Translations under genes and position numbers: made by a program
Part shown: positions 38,764 to 48,774 of the stretch, one piece after another
Numbering within the stretch: the stretch's first letter is position 1
How the letters are laid out: the number at the start of each line of letters is the position of its first letter
The notes under the pieces: generated by a model
Told to the model about the DNA's origin: nothing
What the model saw: only the letters and a program-made list of their open reading frames with translations
Database searches by the model: none
Sequence record: SRR31156797_528
Length of the DNA: 60,857 nt
Reading direction: 5' to 3' (one strand)

Positions 38764-39593
38764 TGAGCAAGGAAATGTTTGAAGTACAGGAATTTGCCTG
38801 TCAACTGCGTAAAGATATTGTAACCATGATACATTTAGGCGGAGAAGGTCATCCGGGTCCATCTCTATCATGTGCGGATATTGTGGCAACGCTGTATTCA
38901 TCATTTATGAATATTAATTCTGATAATCCCAAATGGCTAGAACGAGACAGATTAGTACTCTCAAAAGGTCATGCTTGTCCAGTACTATATGCGGCATTAG
39001 CTAGAAAGGGATTTCTATCTACAGAAGAATATCCGACACTTAGGCATTATGGTTCAAGACTGCAGGGGCATCCAGATATCAAAACACCTGGTATTGATAT
39101 GACATCAGGCTCATTAGGGAACGGTATATCAGTTGGACTAGGTATGGTTTTGGCTGCTCGAATGAAGAGTATTGATAATTATGTTTATGTAATAACCGGT
39201 GATGGTGAACTACAGGAGGGTGTTCTGTGGGAAGCCCTAAATGCTGCTGCGAAGTATAAGGCAGATAGATTAATAGTATTTGTCGATAATAATGGTATGC
39301 AAAGCGGCGGTTCTATTGGTGAGGTTGGTAATATAAAGAATATTGCCAGCAGATTTGAGTCCTTTGGATGGCATAGTCAGGAAATAGATGGTCATAATTT
39401 AGAGGAGATACACGATGCTGTAGAGTCTGCAAAATCTGCAAAAGGTGTACCATCTGTGATTGTTGCAAGTACTGTAAAAGGAAAAGGTGTACCATATATG
39501 GAACACAACAATGCTTGGCATAAGGGCACACCAGATGAAAAGCAATTAGCCGAAGCAATAGCAGCACTTGATGCTTCTTTGGAGGTGAAATGA
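38763..39593 (+). CDS. Split transketolase, N-terminal TPP-binding subunit
   Basis: GHPGPSLS, LSKGHA, LQGHP, GSLGNG, GDGELQEG...DNN, KGKG..WH. Confidence 0.93.
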   Translation: MSKEMFEVQEFACQLRKDIVTMIHLGGEGHPGPSLSCADIVATLYSSFMNINSDNPKWLERDRLVLSKGHACPVLYAALARKGFLSTEEYPTLRHYGSRLQGHPDIKTPGIDMTSGSLGNGISVGLGMVLAARMKSIDNYVYVITGDGELQEGVLWEALNAAAKYKADRLIVFVDNNGMQSGGSIGEVGNIKNIASRFESFGWHSQEIDGHNLEEIHDAVESAKSAKGVPSVIVASTVKGKGVPYMEHNNAWHKGTPDEKQLAEAIAALDASLEVK

Positions 39594-40537
39594 TGCAAAA
39601 AATGAGTACAAGAATAGGCTTCACAAACGGATTGATGGAAGCTGCAGAAAAAAACGATGATATAGTATTAGTAATGGCTGACTCTTTAAAAGTTATAAAA
39701 GCTGAACCGTTTGTTGAGAAATATCCTGAACGCTCTGTAGATGTAGGCATTGCTGAGCAGAATGCAGTAGCTGTGGCGGCAGGTATGGCATCAGCAGGTA
39801 TGATACCATTTGTGGCAACATATGCAGGGTTTATTACCATGCGTGCTTGTGAGCAGGTCAGAACCTTTGTAGCATATCCGAATTTACCTGTTAAATTAAT
39901 TGGTGCAAACGGCGGTATTACAGGTGGTGAAAAAGAAGGAGTTACTCATCAGTTCTTTGAGGACTTAGGGATACTTCGCACTATACCTGGAATGACAGTA
40001 TTAGTGCCAGCGGATGCAAATCAGGTTCGCAGGGCTGTACTGGCAGCGGCCTCTTATAATGGACCAGTATATATTCGCATTGGCAGCGGAAGAGATCCGG
40101 TTGTTTATGAAGACGATGTGCTCCCATTTGAAATCGGTAAGGCTAGAAATATCTATGGCACAGGAAAAGATGTGACTTTATTCGCATGCGGTGGTCTGAT
40201 AAACAAAGCTTTGGAAGCTGCAAAGGAACTGAAAAAATCTGGCATAGACGCACAGGTTATTGAGGTGCATACTATTAAACCTTTAGATAAGGATACAATT
40301 ATTAATGCTCTCAAGACTTCAGGGGCGGCGGTTACTGTTGAGGATCACAATATCATAGGCGGACTTGGCAGTGCTGTATGTGAATTAGCATCAGAAGCTT
40401 ATCCAGTTCCTATAAAAAGAATAGGCTTACAGGATATCTGGCCTCAGTCAGGTTCAGCTGAAAGATTAGCTGAGGAATTTAACATGGAAATTCAGGACAT
40501 AGTGGATGCTGCACAGGCAGTAATATCGATGAAATAG
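39590..40537 (+). CDS. Split transketolase, C-terminal subunit
   Basis: GIAEQN, RACEQVR, GVTHQ..ED, GPVYIR, EDHNIIGGLG. Confidence 0.93.
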   Translation: MMQKMSTRIGFTNGLMEAAEKNDDIVLVMADSLKVIKAEPFVEKYPERSVDVGIAEQNAVAVAAGMASAGMIPFVATYAGFITMRACEQVRTFVAYPNLPVKLIGANGGITGGEKEGVTHQFFEDLGILRTIPGMTVLVPADANQVRRAVLAAASYNGPVYIRIGSGRDPVVYEDDVLPFEIGKARNIYGTGKDVTLFACGGLINKALEAAKELKKSGIDAQVIEVHTIKPLDKDTIINALKTSGAAVTVEDHNIIGGLGSAVCELASEAYPVPIKRIGLQDIWPQSGSAERLAEEFNMEIQDIVDAAQAVISMK

Positions 40538-40594
40538 ACAATCATTCATATGTTATAGTAATAGTATAAAAACTTTAACAGGAAGGAAAAATTC

Positions 40595-40948
40595 ATGAGT
40601 TTAAGTAAACAATATATACCGGTTAAGGAGCAAAAGGCAGAAAAGATGTTTGATGGGATTTACCGCAGAACACTCTGCTACGATGATCAGAATATGCTTT
40701 GTTATTTTACATTAGCAAAGGGATCAGAAATACCTTTGCATAAGCATGTTGCAATACAAAATGGTTATGTTATTAAAGGGAAGGTTCGCTTTTTAAGTGA
40801 AAATGATGATTCTATTGTTGTTGAAGCTGGAGATGGATACTTCTTTAAATCAAATGAAGTTCATGGTTCACAGGTGCTAGAGGATTCAGAATTGATTGAA
40901 TGCTTCTCTCCATGTCGACCAGAATATAAGCCAAAGGATAATATCTGA
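40595..40948 (+). CDS. Cupin protein, KdgF-like
   Basis: H-x-H-xxx-Q (HKHVAIQ), distal His (EVHG), C-terminal FSP.RPEY. Confidence 0.7.
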   Translation: MSLSKQYIPVKEQKAEKMFDGIYRRTLCYDDQNMLCYFTLAKGSEIPLHKHVAIQNGYVIKGKVRFLSENDDSIVVEAGDGYFFKSNEVHGSQVLEDSELIECFSPCRPEYKPKDNI

Positions 40949-40994
40949 AATAAATCTCTATTGTTTCATAAAGAGAAGATTGGAAGATACAAAG

Positions 40995-43900
40995 ATGATA
41001 TATCCAAGGAGTAAAAGCAGTAAATTAGATCAGGAATTATTTAAGAATCCTACATCAGAATATAGAGCGGCACCATTTTGGGCTTGGAATTGTAAGCTTG
41101 ACAAAGAGCAGCTCTTACGGCAGATAAGGCAGCTCAAGGAAATGGGTATGGGAGGATTTATGATTCATGCTAGAAACGGTCTAGCAACCCAATACTTGGG
41201 TGATGAGTTTATGAATCTAGTAAAAGCCTGCAACCAAAAAGGTAATGAAGAAGGTATGCTTACGTGGCTTTATGATGAGGACAGATACCCATCAGGCAGT
41301 GCCGGCGGTATGGTTACAAAGAATAGAGATTTGTCAGCAAAGTATTTGCTGTTTACGCCCTATTCATATGGTAATGCTCCAGAAGAACAAAAGAAAAATC
41401 TGCTCTTTAGTGTACCAAGACAGGAAAACGGAGAGCTATTGTCTAGGTATGCTGTTGAACTTGATAGTGATGGTTTCTTAACATATTATAAACGTCTTGA
41501 AAAAGACGAAGAATATGATGGAGCAGGGCATATTTGGTATGCATATCTTGAAACTGTAGGCGAAAGTCCGTGGTTTAATATGGAAATGTATTCAGACAAT
41601 ATGAATAAGGAAGCTGTCGAGAAATTTATACAAATTACGCACGAAGCCTACTATAAGAAAGTTGGAGATGAATTTGGCAAGACTATTCCAGCTATTTTTA
41701 CTGATGAACCGCAGATAGCAGGGAAGGGAAGGCTAGAGGTATCTACCTCTCTTCGTGATGTTACTTTGCCTTGTACTAAGGACTTATCTGATACATTTAA
41801 AGCAAAGTATGGTTATGATTTATTGGACAAGCTGCCTGAGCTGATTTGGGAATTTACTAATAAACAGTATTCAAAGCTTCGATATGATTATCATCAACAT
41901 ACAAATGACAGGTTCTATGAAGCATTTTTTGAAACAATAGGAAAGTGGTGTGACTCGCATAATATCTGCTTTACTGGTCACTTAATGTCAGAACATTCAC
42001 TGCTGGGTCAATATCTGCGTCTAGGTGAAGCAATGAGGCTATATGATGCATTCCAATTACCAGGCATAGATATACTATCAGATAACCGAGAGTATACAAC
42101 TGCGAAGCAGGCGCAGTCTGTCGTTCATCAAAACGGACAAAACGGAATGATTTCTGAGCTATATGGAGTTACAAACTGGGATTACGATTTCCGAGGTCAT
42201 AAGCTGCAGGGAGACTGGCAGGCTGCTCTAGGGGTGACTGTAAGAGTTCCCCATTTAACTTGGGTATCTATGGAAGGCGAGGCAAAGCGTGATTATCCTG
42301 CATCAATTGGCTACCAGTCTCCGTGGTACAAAGAATATTTTTATGTGGAAGATCATTTTGCCAGATTAAATACTGTATTGACCAGAGGTAAGCCAGAAGT
42401 CCATGTAGCAGTTGTTCACCCTGTGGAGAGCTACTGGATGATTAGCGGTCCTGTGGATAAGACTTTGGATGAATGCACACAAATGGATAATAATTTCAAA
42501 AATTTGTGTGAGTGGCTGATATTTGGACAAATCGATTTTGATTATATTTCAGAGTGTTTGTTAGAAGAAAAATGCAGTATTTCAAATAAATCTTTTAAGG
42601 TTGGTGAAATGTCTTATGATGCTGTAATAGTATCAGACTGTATTAATTTGCGATCTACTACTGTAAAGTTCATAGATGATTATGCAAATTCTGGTGGTAA
42701 AGTTATATTCACTGGACGAGTGCCTGAGATGGTGGATGCTCTGCCTTCGCAAGAGACTCAGAAGCTGATCGAAAAATCAGAATATACTAATCTTTATAAG
42801 ACTCAGATAATATCAGCATTGGACGATTATCGCATTGTTGACATTTGCAGTGAGCGTGGCAACAGAACTGATAACCTGATATATCAAATGCGAATAGATG
42901 AAGACTGCAAATGGCTCTTTATTTGCCATGGACGAAATCCTGAGAAACCAGATATTGTACCACAGGAAACAATAACTATTTCAATAAAGGGTACATGGAA
43001 ACCTCTGGTTTATGAGACAATAACAGGCGAGATAAAAAGCATTGACTACTATTATGAAAATAATAAGACAATAATACCGTACTCATTTTATGCTTATGAT
43101 AGTCTGCTCTTAAAGCTGACATCTTGTGACAAAAGAATTAAACTAGAAAAAAAATTATCAATTGTAAACGAACTTACTAGTATGGAGCTGCCATTATCTG
43201 TACCTATTCGTTTATCTGAACCAAATGTACTATTGCTGGATTTAGCAGTATATGCATATGATGATGGAACGTGGCAGAGCATGGATGAAATATTACGGAT
43301 TGATGCCCAGTTTAGAAGTAATTTAGGCTACCCAAAGCGGGATGGTTATCTTAAGCAGCCTTGGACAATTACTGAAACTGAACAAAATAAACACAGCATT
43401 AAGCTTAGATTTCGAATTGAATCTCAGGTGGATATTTCAGATATAATGCTGGCTATAGAGCATCCGGAATTAGCTGATATTAAGTGGAACGGACAATCTG
43501 TAGAAACTCATGTCAATGGCTGGTTTGTTGATGAATCTATTAAAAAAGTCGGCTTACCTCCGTTAGTCAAAGGTACAAATTTTTTGGAGATAAATATGCC
43601 AATAGGTAAGAGAATTGGTGCAGAATGGTGCTATTTGCTTGGAGATTTCGGAGTAAGGACAAGTGGAAGTAAAAGCATAATCATAGAACCTGTGAGATAT
43701 CTTACATTTGGTGATTGGTGCAGTCAGGGACTTCCGTTCTATGCTGGGAATGTGACGTATTGTATAGATATCGAAACAAAAGATAAACTGCAAATTGAAG
43801 CTGCGCATTTTAGGAACCCTGTATTAAGAGTTGACTTAGATGGTAAGAAGCAGGGATTGATTGCATATGCACCATATCAATTGAAGATAGATACGGATGA

Positions 43901-44087
43901 AGGCAAGCATCTTCTTGAAATAACAGCTTATGGGAATAGATATAATGCATTTGGAGCAGTTCATAATGCTGATGACAAAAGAGAATTTATTGATCCATTG
44001 ACATGGCGGACCACAGGAAATGAATGGAGCTATGAATATAAGTTAAGACCTATGGGAATTCTTGTAAGACCAATAATTAAAGTGTGA
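40995..44087 (+). CDS. Second GH106-like glycoside hydrolase
   Basis: PFWAWN, GGFMIHARNG, WLYDEDRYPSG, FTDEP, PGID, KRDYPA; likely start ATG 40995. Confidence 0.8.
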   Translation: MIYPRSKSSKLDQELFKNPTSEYRAAPFWAWNCKLDKEQLLRQIRQLKEMGMGGFMIHARNGLATQYLGDEFMNLVKACNQKGNEEGMLTWLYDEDRYPSGSAGGMVTKNRDLSAKYLLFTPYSYGNAPEEQKKNLLFSVPRQENGELLSRYAVELDSDGFLTYYKRLEKDEEYDGAGHIWYAYLETVGESPWFNMEMYSDNMNKEAVEKFIQITHEAYYKKVGDEFGKTIPAIFTDEPQIAGKGRLEVSTSLRDVTLPCTKDLSDTFKAKYGYDLLDKLPELIWEFTNKQYSKLRYDYHQHTNDRFYEAFFETIGKWCDSHNICFTGHLMSEHSLLGQYLRLGEAMRLYDAFQLPGIDILSDNREYTTAKQAQSVVHQNGQNGMISELYGVTNWDYDFRGHKLQGDWQAALGVTVRVPHLTWVSMEGEAKRDYPASIGYQSPWYKEYFYVEDHFARLNTVLTRGKPEVHVAVVHPVESYWMISGPVDKTLDECTQMDNNFKNLCEWLIFGQIDFDYISECLLEEKCSISNKSFKVGEMSYDAVIVSDCINLRSTTVKFIDDYANSGGKVIFTGRVPEMVDALPSQETQKLIEKSEYTNLYKTQIISALDDYRIVDICSERGNRTDNLIYQMRIDEDCKWLFICHGRNPEKPDIVPQETITISIKGTWKPLVYETITGEIKSIDYYYENNKTIIPYSFYAYDSLLLKLTSCDKRIKLEKKLSIVNELTSMELPLSVPIRLSEPNVLLLDLAVYAYDDGTWQSMDEILRIDAQFRSNLGYPKRDGYLKQPWTITETEQNKHSIKLRFRIESQVDISDIMLAIEHPELADIKWNGQSVETHVNGWFVDESIKKVGLPPLVKGTNFLEINMPIGKRIGAEWCYLLGDFGVRTSGSKSIIIEPVRYLTFGDWCSQGLPFYAGNVTYCIDIETKDKLQIEAAHFRNPVLRVDLDGKKQGLIAYAPYQLKIDTDEGKHLLEITAYGNRYNAFGAVHNADDKREFIDPLTWRTTGNEWSYEYKLRPMGILVRPIIKV

Positions 44088-44281
44088 TTGGAAGAAAATT
44101 AATTCTATTGGATTTGTTTGCAGCAGTAAAGTAGATAGCAATATTTTCTTGGATACAATATTAAAGAATGGGAAATAAAACGAAAAGTATATAATAAGTC
44201 ATAAAGCGTGTATAATAACTGAAAAGTACATATTTGTGTTTTACCAAAATATGTATTTGATATATAATACACATATAATGA

Positions 44282-46081
44282 TTGGATATAAAAATGATTA
44301 GAAATATTTTGCAGCAGCAATCTGTTAGAACTCAATGGGTTATATTTATTACTTTTATTGTGATTATAATGCTTTTGTTTAATTTTTGGTATTCTAACAA
44401 ACTAATAGATACGTTGGAACAGGAATTGTTAAATAATGCTGATATATCAGTAAGGCATCACGAGGATAACTTAAGTACTAAATATGACAATGTATCAGCA
44501 ATGTTGGAAGCAATTGCATCTAGTGAATTAATACAGAATTATATAATAGCAAGTAGTGACGATAGTCGTTTAGAAATTCAAGGAAACTTAAAGGAATCAC
44601 TAAAACTTATTTTAGAATCTCGAGTTGATATCATTGATATTGTGATTTTAGGAGATAGTGGTGATGAAATTTATATTAACGGTACAGATAGTATTAATAT
44701 GTCTTTGCTGGATGGATTAACTAATGAATCTTCTTTGATTTTCTCGACGATTTCAGAAGATATACTATATATTGGTTTACGATTTAATTTGATGGATACA
44801 TCTGATGAAAGCAATAGTATTAAAGTTATAGCAGCAAAGATAAAAGTAGAAGAATTTTTTGGTTTGAGTCAAGAAGATAATTATATTGATGATGGTGAAT
44901 TATTTTTCCTAGATAGTTCAGAGCATTTGATATACGCTTCCTCATCATTTAATGATGACCAAAAGCTAATTGATGAATTTAGCGGATACATTGAAAATGG
45001 AATGAATACATCATTTATTTCTATTGATAACAAGAGGTATTATATCAGTGCTTATAAGGCAGATAGGATATCAGGACATTATATAAGTGTTATTCCTGAG
45101 GATATTTTATTTCAAAAGGTAAAACATTTACAGGTGATTCAGCATTTAGTTTCATTAGTAATCTTTGTGCTAATGCTGATACAATACAGATTTTTTCTTA
45201 GTAATTTTCTTTCTCCATTAAGGAGGATAACACTGTTAATGGAAAGCATAAGTGCTGGTAATAGAAAAATGATGAAACAGAGACTATCTGCAAAGGGAGG
45301 CAATATTGAAGTAAATATCCTGACAGAATCCTTTAACCATATGATGGATGAAATTGCGGCCCTGACCCAGAACTTATCAAAAAGCTATGAGAGCTTATAT
45401 GAAATGAAATTGGAGACTGAACGATCTGAGCTGGCATTTCTTCGAAGCCAGATAAACCCCCATTTCCTGTATAATACTCTAGAGAGTATCAAGGGAATTG
45501 CTGTAGAGGAAGATGTACCACGGATAACAGAAATAGTAAATGCACTTGGTAATATGTTCAGATACAGTATTAAGGGTGAAAATATGGTTCCATTGAGAAA
45601 TGAAATCAATATTATTAAGTCATATGTAAAAATACAGAAAGTGCGTTTCGAAGATCGTTTCGAAGTAGAATATGCCTTTGATGAAGAAATTATGGACTGG
45701 CTACTGCCCAAAATGGTTCTGCAGCCATTGGTGGAAAATGCAATATATCATGGACTTGAAAAAATTGAATCTTCAGGTAATTTGAATATAGGCGGTAGGG
45801 CAGAGGACAGCAGCCATATGGTTCTATGGGTAAAAGATGATGGATATGGTATCAGTAAAGATAGATTGAATGCAATTCGTGAATCATTGAATCAAAAATC
45901 GGGTAGTTATGGGTTTTCTTCAATCGAAGATTCTCGTGAAAGCATAGGATTAAGCAATGTACATAATCGTATTCGCATTATGTATGGTGACGATTATGGG
46001 ATTTTTATAAATAGTGAGGAAGGACAAGGTACACAGGTGAAAATTAGAATTCCTGCAAGCCAAGGAGAAAAGAATGTATAA
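44282..46081 (+). CDS. YesM/LytS-type sensor histidine kinase
   Basis: Two TM helices, HAMP, LRSQINPHFLYNTLE, QPLVENAIYHG, DDGYG, IGLSNV. Confidence 0.95.
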   Translation: MDIKMIRNILQQQSVRTQWVIFITFIVIIMLLFNFWYSNKLIDTLEQELLNNADISVRHHEDNLSTKYDNVSAMLEAIASSELIQNYIIASSDDSRLEIQGNLKESLKLILESRVDIIDIVILGDSGDEIYINGTDSINMSLLDGLTNESSLIFSTISEDILYIGLRFNLMDTSDESNSIKVIAAKIKVEEFFGLSQEDNYIDDGELFFLDSSEHLIYASSSFNDDQKLIDEFSGYIENGMNTSFISIDNKRYYISAYKADRISGHYISVIPEDILFQKVKHLQVIQHLVSLVIFVLMLIQYRFFLSNFLSPLRRITLLMESISAGNRKMMKQRLSAKGGNIEVNILTESFNHMMDEIAALTQNLSKSYESLYEMKLETERSELAFLRSQINPHFLYNTLESIKGIAVEEDVPRITEIVNALGNMFRYSIKGENMVPLRNEINIIKSYVKIQKVRFEDRFEVEYAFDEEIMDWLLPKMVLQPLVENAIYHGLEKIESSGNLNIGGRAEDSSHMVLWVKDDGYGISKDRLNAIRESLNQKSGSYGFSSIEDSRESIGLSNVHNRIRIMYGDDYGIFINSEEGQGTQVKIRIPASQGEKNV

Positions 46082-47501
46082 GATTATTATTATAGATGAT
46101 GAAAGATTGGTTATAAAAAGCCTGCGTGCTACTATTGCCTGGGAAAAGTATGGATATAAGGTTGTAGGTGAAGCATATAATGGTGCTGACGGCATCAAAT
46201 TAATTGAAGAAGCAAAGCCTGACTTAGTGTTCATAGATATCCGTATGCCCGGTTTAAATGGATTAGAAGTTATAGAAAAAACTAAAAAATTGGGGCTGGA
46301 TACGCTTTTTACTGTAGTGAGCGGATATGCTGAGTTTTCATATGCTCAAAAGGCTATTAAGCAAGGTGCTATCGGTTATTGTTTGAAGCCATTCTCACAA
46401 AATGATATTCTGGAATCTTTGAGTGAAGCTACTAAAAGGCTGGATAGTATTAGAGAAAAGAAAATGGCATCTCTCTATATGCTCCTAGACGAACCTTACC
46501 AAAAAGTGAATGAGCAATTAGATTCTGAATTAAAAAAATTAGGTATTTACAAACAGATGGACGACGGAATTCATTTTGCTGTAATTATTGAAAAGGATAA
46601 TTCTCAGTTAAAATATCCATCTGATACAATTGGACTTCGCCTAGGTAGAAATCGCTATGGAATATTTATTCCTAAGGATACAATTAAAGATTTTACAAAT
46701 AGAGCAGAAAATGATTTTAAGGGTGAATATGTAAGTGTAGGTATAAGCGGAGCGATAAATGATACAAGCCAACTAAGAAAGGGAATAGATGAAGCAAGAA
46801 ATGCAGCATGGTATTTCTTTATTACTGGTAAAACCTCCAAAGTCTATTATGGAGACGATGCAAATGCAGAAATAGGAGATGCTTTATTAAAAGATGTAGA
46901 AAAGAGCTGTTATAAGAGGGATTTTAATAAACTTATTGATGTTCTTACAAATGCGAAAGTATCAATGCAGGAGGGGGATATTAAACCTGTCCATATTGTA
47001 AGGCTGTATAATTATTTGCGTGAGACTCTGTCAATTAATGATAATGATATAAAGTTAGATGAAGATTATATTAGTAACATAGAGCAATTAGCGGAAGTAT
47101 TTAGTGATTCAAATGAGGTAATAGATATGTTCATATCATTATTGGATAAAGAGGATAATCAAAGTCAAATAAAAACAAAAAATGTGAAAAATGTTACAGC
47201 TAAGCAAATATTAGAATATGTGAACAATAATTACACAGATGATATAGCTATTCGTCAGATATCAAAAATATTCTTTATTAATCCTAGTTATCTAAGTCAA
47301 CTATTCAAGAAAGAATTTGGAGAAACTTTTACAAGCTATTTGATGAAACTTCGTATAGAACATGCATGTAATTTGCTGACATCTACATCAATGCCGATAT
47401 CGGAGATTGCAGAAAAATCAGGATATACAGACTATTTTTATTTCGCTAGAGTATTTAAAAAGATAACGAATAAAACAGCAAGCGAATATAGATTTCAGTA
47501 G
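46074..47501 (+). CDS. YesN-type response regulator (REC + AraC HTH)
   Basis: IIDDE, DIRMPGLNG, LKP; C-terminal GYTDYFYFARVFKK. Confidence 0.95.
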   Translation: MYKIIIIDDERLVIKSLRATIAWEKYGYKVVGEAYNGADGIKLIEEAKPDLVFIDIRMPGLNGLEVIEKTKKLGLDTLFTVVSGYAEFSYAQKAIKQGAIGYCLKPFSQNDILESLSEATKRLDSIREKKMASLYMLLDEPYQKVNEQLDSELKKLGIYKQMDDGIHFAVIIEKDNSQLKYPSDTIGLRLGRNRYGIFIPKDTIKDFTNRAENDFKGEYVSVGISGAINDTSQLRKGIDEARNAAWYFFITGKTSKVYYGDDANAEIGDALLKDVEKSCYKRDFNKLIDVLTNAKVSMQEGDIKPVHIVRLYNYLRETLSINDNDIKLDEDYISNIEQLAEVFSDSNEVIDMFISLLDKEDNQSQIKTKNVKNVTAKQILEYVNNNYTDDIAIRQISKIFFINPSYLSQLFKKEFGETFTSYLMKLRIEHACNLLTSTSMPISEIAEKSGYTDYFYFARVFKKITNKTASEYRFQ

Positions 47502-47661
47502 GTAAAGAAAAGTAATTTTTTAGATATTGTCGCTTTAAGCTGGAATAGAATAATAAGTATAAACATAATTACATAAGGAGATTATTAAATAATCAAATAA
47601 AGAATATATTTATATAGGCTAATGTGAGTGATAAAAAATATAAAGCAGTGGGAGCACAATA

Positions 47662-48732
47662 ATGGTTAATGGAAGATTAATAAAACAGGGATACTTCTTC
47701 AAAATTAATAGAAAATATGGCAGCAGGTTCTGGATAAATAATCCGACCCTAAAAGAAGTACGCTTGGCAATAAAGGCAGGTGCTGTTGGCTGTACAACAA
47801 ATCCTACATATGCGATGAAACTTCTTAAGAGCTCTGATGAAGCTGAGAAGAATGAAGTGAAAAAGATTATAAAAGAATCTTTAGAAGAAACATCTGATAA
47901 TAATAAAGCTGCGCAGCTTATTCAATCACGATTGCTTCAGCGTTTGCTTCCATATTTCCAAGATATTTACAAAAGTTATAAAGGGCAAGAGGGATTTGTA
48001 ACACTCCAAGGTAATCCATCTATGGAAAAGGATGTGGATAGTGTAATAAATGAGGGACTGCATAATATGCAGTATGGACCTAATGCTATGATGAAAATTC
48101 CTGTTACCCATGCTGGTCTGCAGGCTATCAGAGAATTGGTTAAACAGGGTGTTCCGATAATGGCTACTGAAGTTATGAGCCTGGCACAGACAATAAGTGC
48201 ATGTGATGCATATAATCAGGCATGCGTGGAGTCAGGAAAAACCCCTCCATTCTTTTTGGCAAATATCTCAGGAGCATTTGATGACTATATAAGGGCTTGT
48301 GCAATTGTAGAAAACATTAACATTAAGTCAGAAATTCTGGAACAAGCAGGCTGTATTATAGCACGACGTCAGTTTCGTATTCTGCAGGAAAGAGATTTCA
48401 AAGGAGCTTTCCTTAGCGGCGGTGCAAAGAAGCTGTATCATTTTACTGAATTAATAGGCGGACCTATGCATCTGACTATTAACTGGAATGGAACTGCGGA
48501 TGCACTGCTATCAAATAATCCGCCTATAAAAGACAGATTACATACAGAGGAGTCACCAGAAGTACTGAATACATTGCTAGAAAAGGTTACAGACTTTCGC
48601 AGAGCATATGAATTAGATGGTCTTGACGAGATGAGTTATGCATCTTTCGGTCCTGTTGAATTGTTTAGAAATTCATTTATTTCAGGCTGGAACTATCTGC
48701 AAAAAATGATAGAAGAAGAAAGAAATCGTTAG
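47662..48732 (+). CDS. Second divergent transaldolase/FSA-family protein
   Basis: WINNPT, GCTTNPT, MKIP; paralogous to 27212-28258. Confidence 0.8.
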   Translation: MVNGRLIKQGYFFKINRKYGSRFWINNPTLKEVRLAIKAGAVGCTTNPTYAMKLLKSSDEAEKNEVKKIIKESLEETSDNNKAAQLIQSRLLQRLLPYFQDIYKSYKGQEGFVTLQGNPSMEKDVDSVINEGLHNMQYGPNAMMKIPVTHAGLQAIRELVKQGVPIMATEVMSLAQTISACDAYNQACVESGKTPPFFLANISGAFDDYIRACAIVENINIKSEILEQAGCIIARRQFRILQERDFKGAFLSGGAKKLYHFTELIGGPMHLTINWNGTADALLSNNPPIKDRLHTEESPEVLNTLLEKVTDFRRAYELDGLDEMSYASFGPVELFRNSFISGWNYLQKMIEEERNR

Positions 48733-48774
48733 CATAAGTAACGGTTTCTTTATTAAAATATTTATATGTAGGTT

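Noticed and set aside
38104-40948. Canonical D-apiose transketolase pathway
   Set aside because: No apiose isomerase, apulose kinase or GH140 apiosidase in the window; kept only as a hypothesis
14904-48732. Sulfoquinovose (sulfo-TAL/sulfo-TK) pathway suggested by GH31 + transaldolases + split transketolase
   Set aside because: The GH31 motifs look alpha-xylosidase-like, no SQ isomerase, sulfolactaldehyde/sulfoacetaldehyde enzyme or sulfonate exporter is present, and the genes are dispersed
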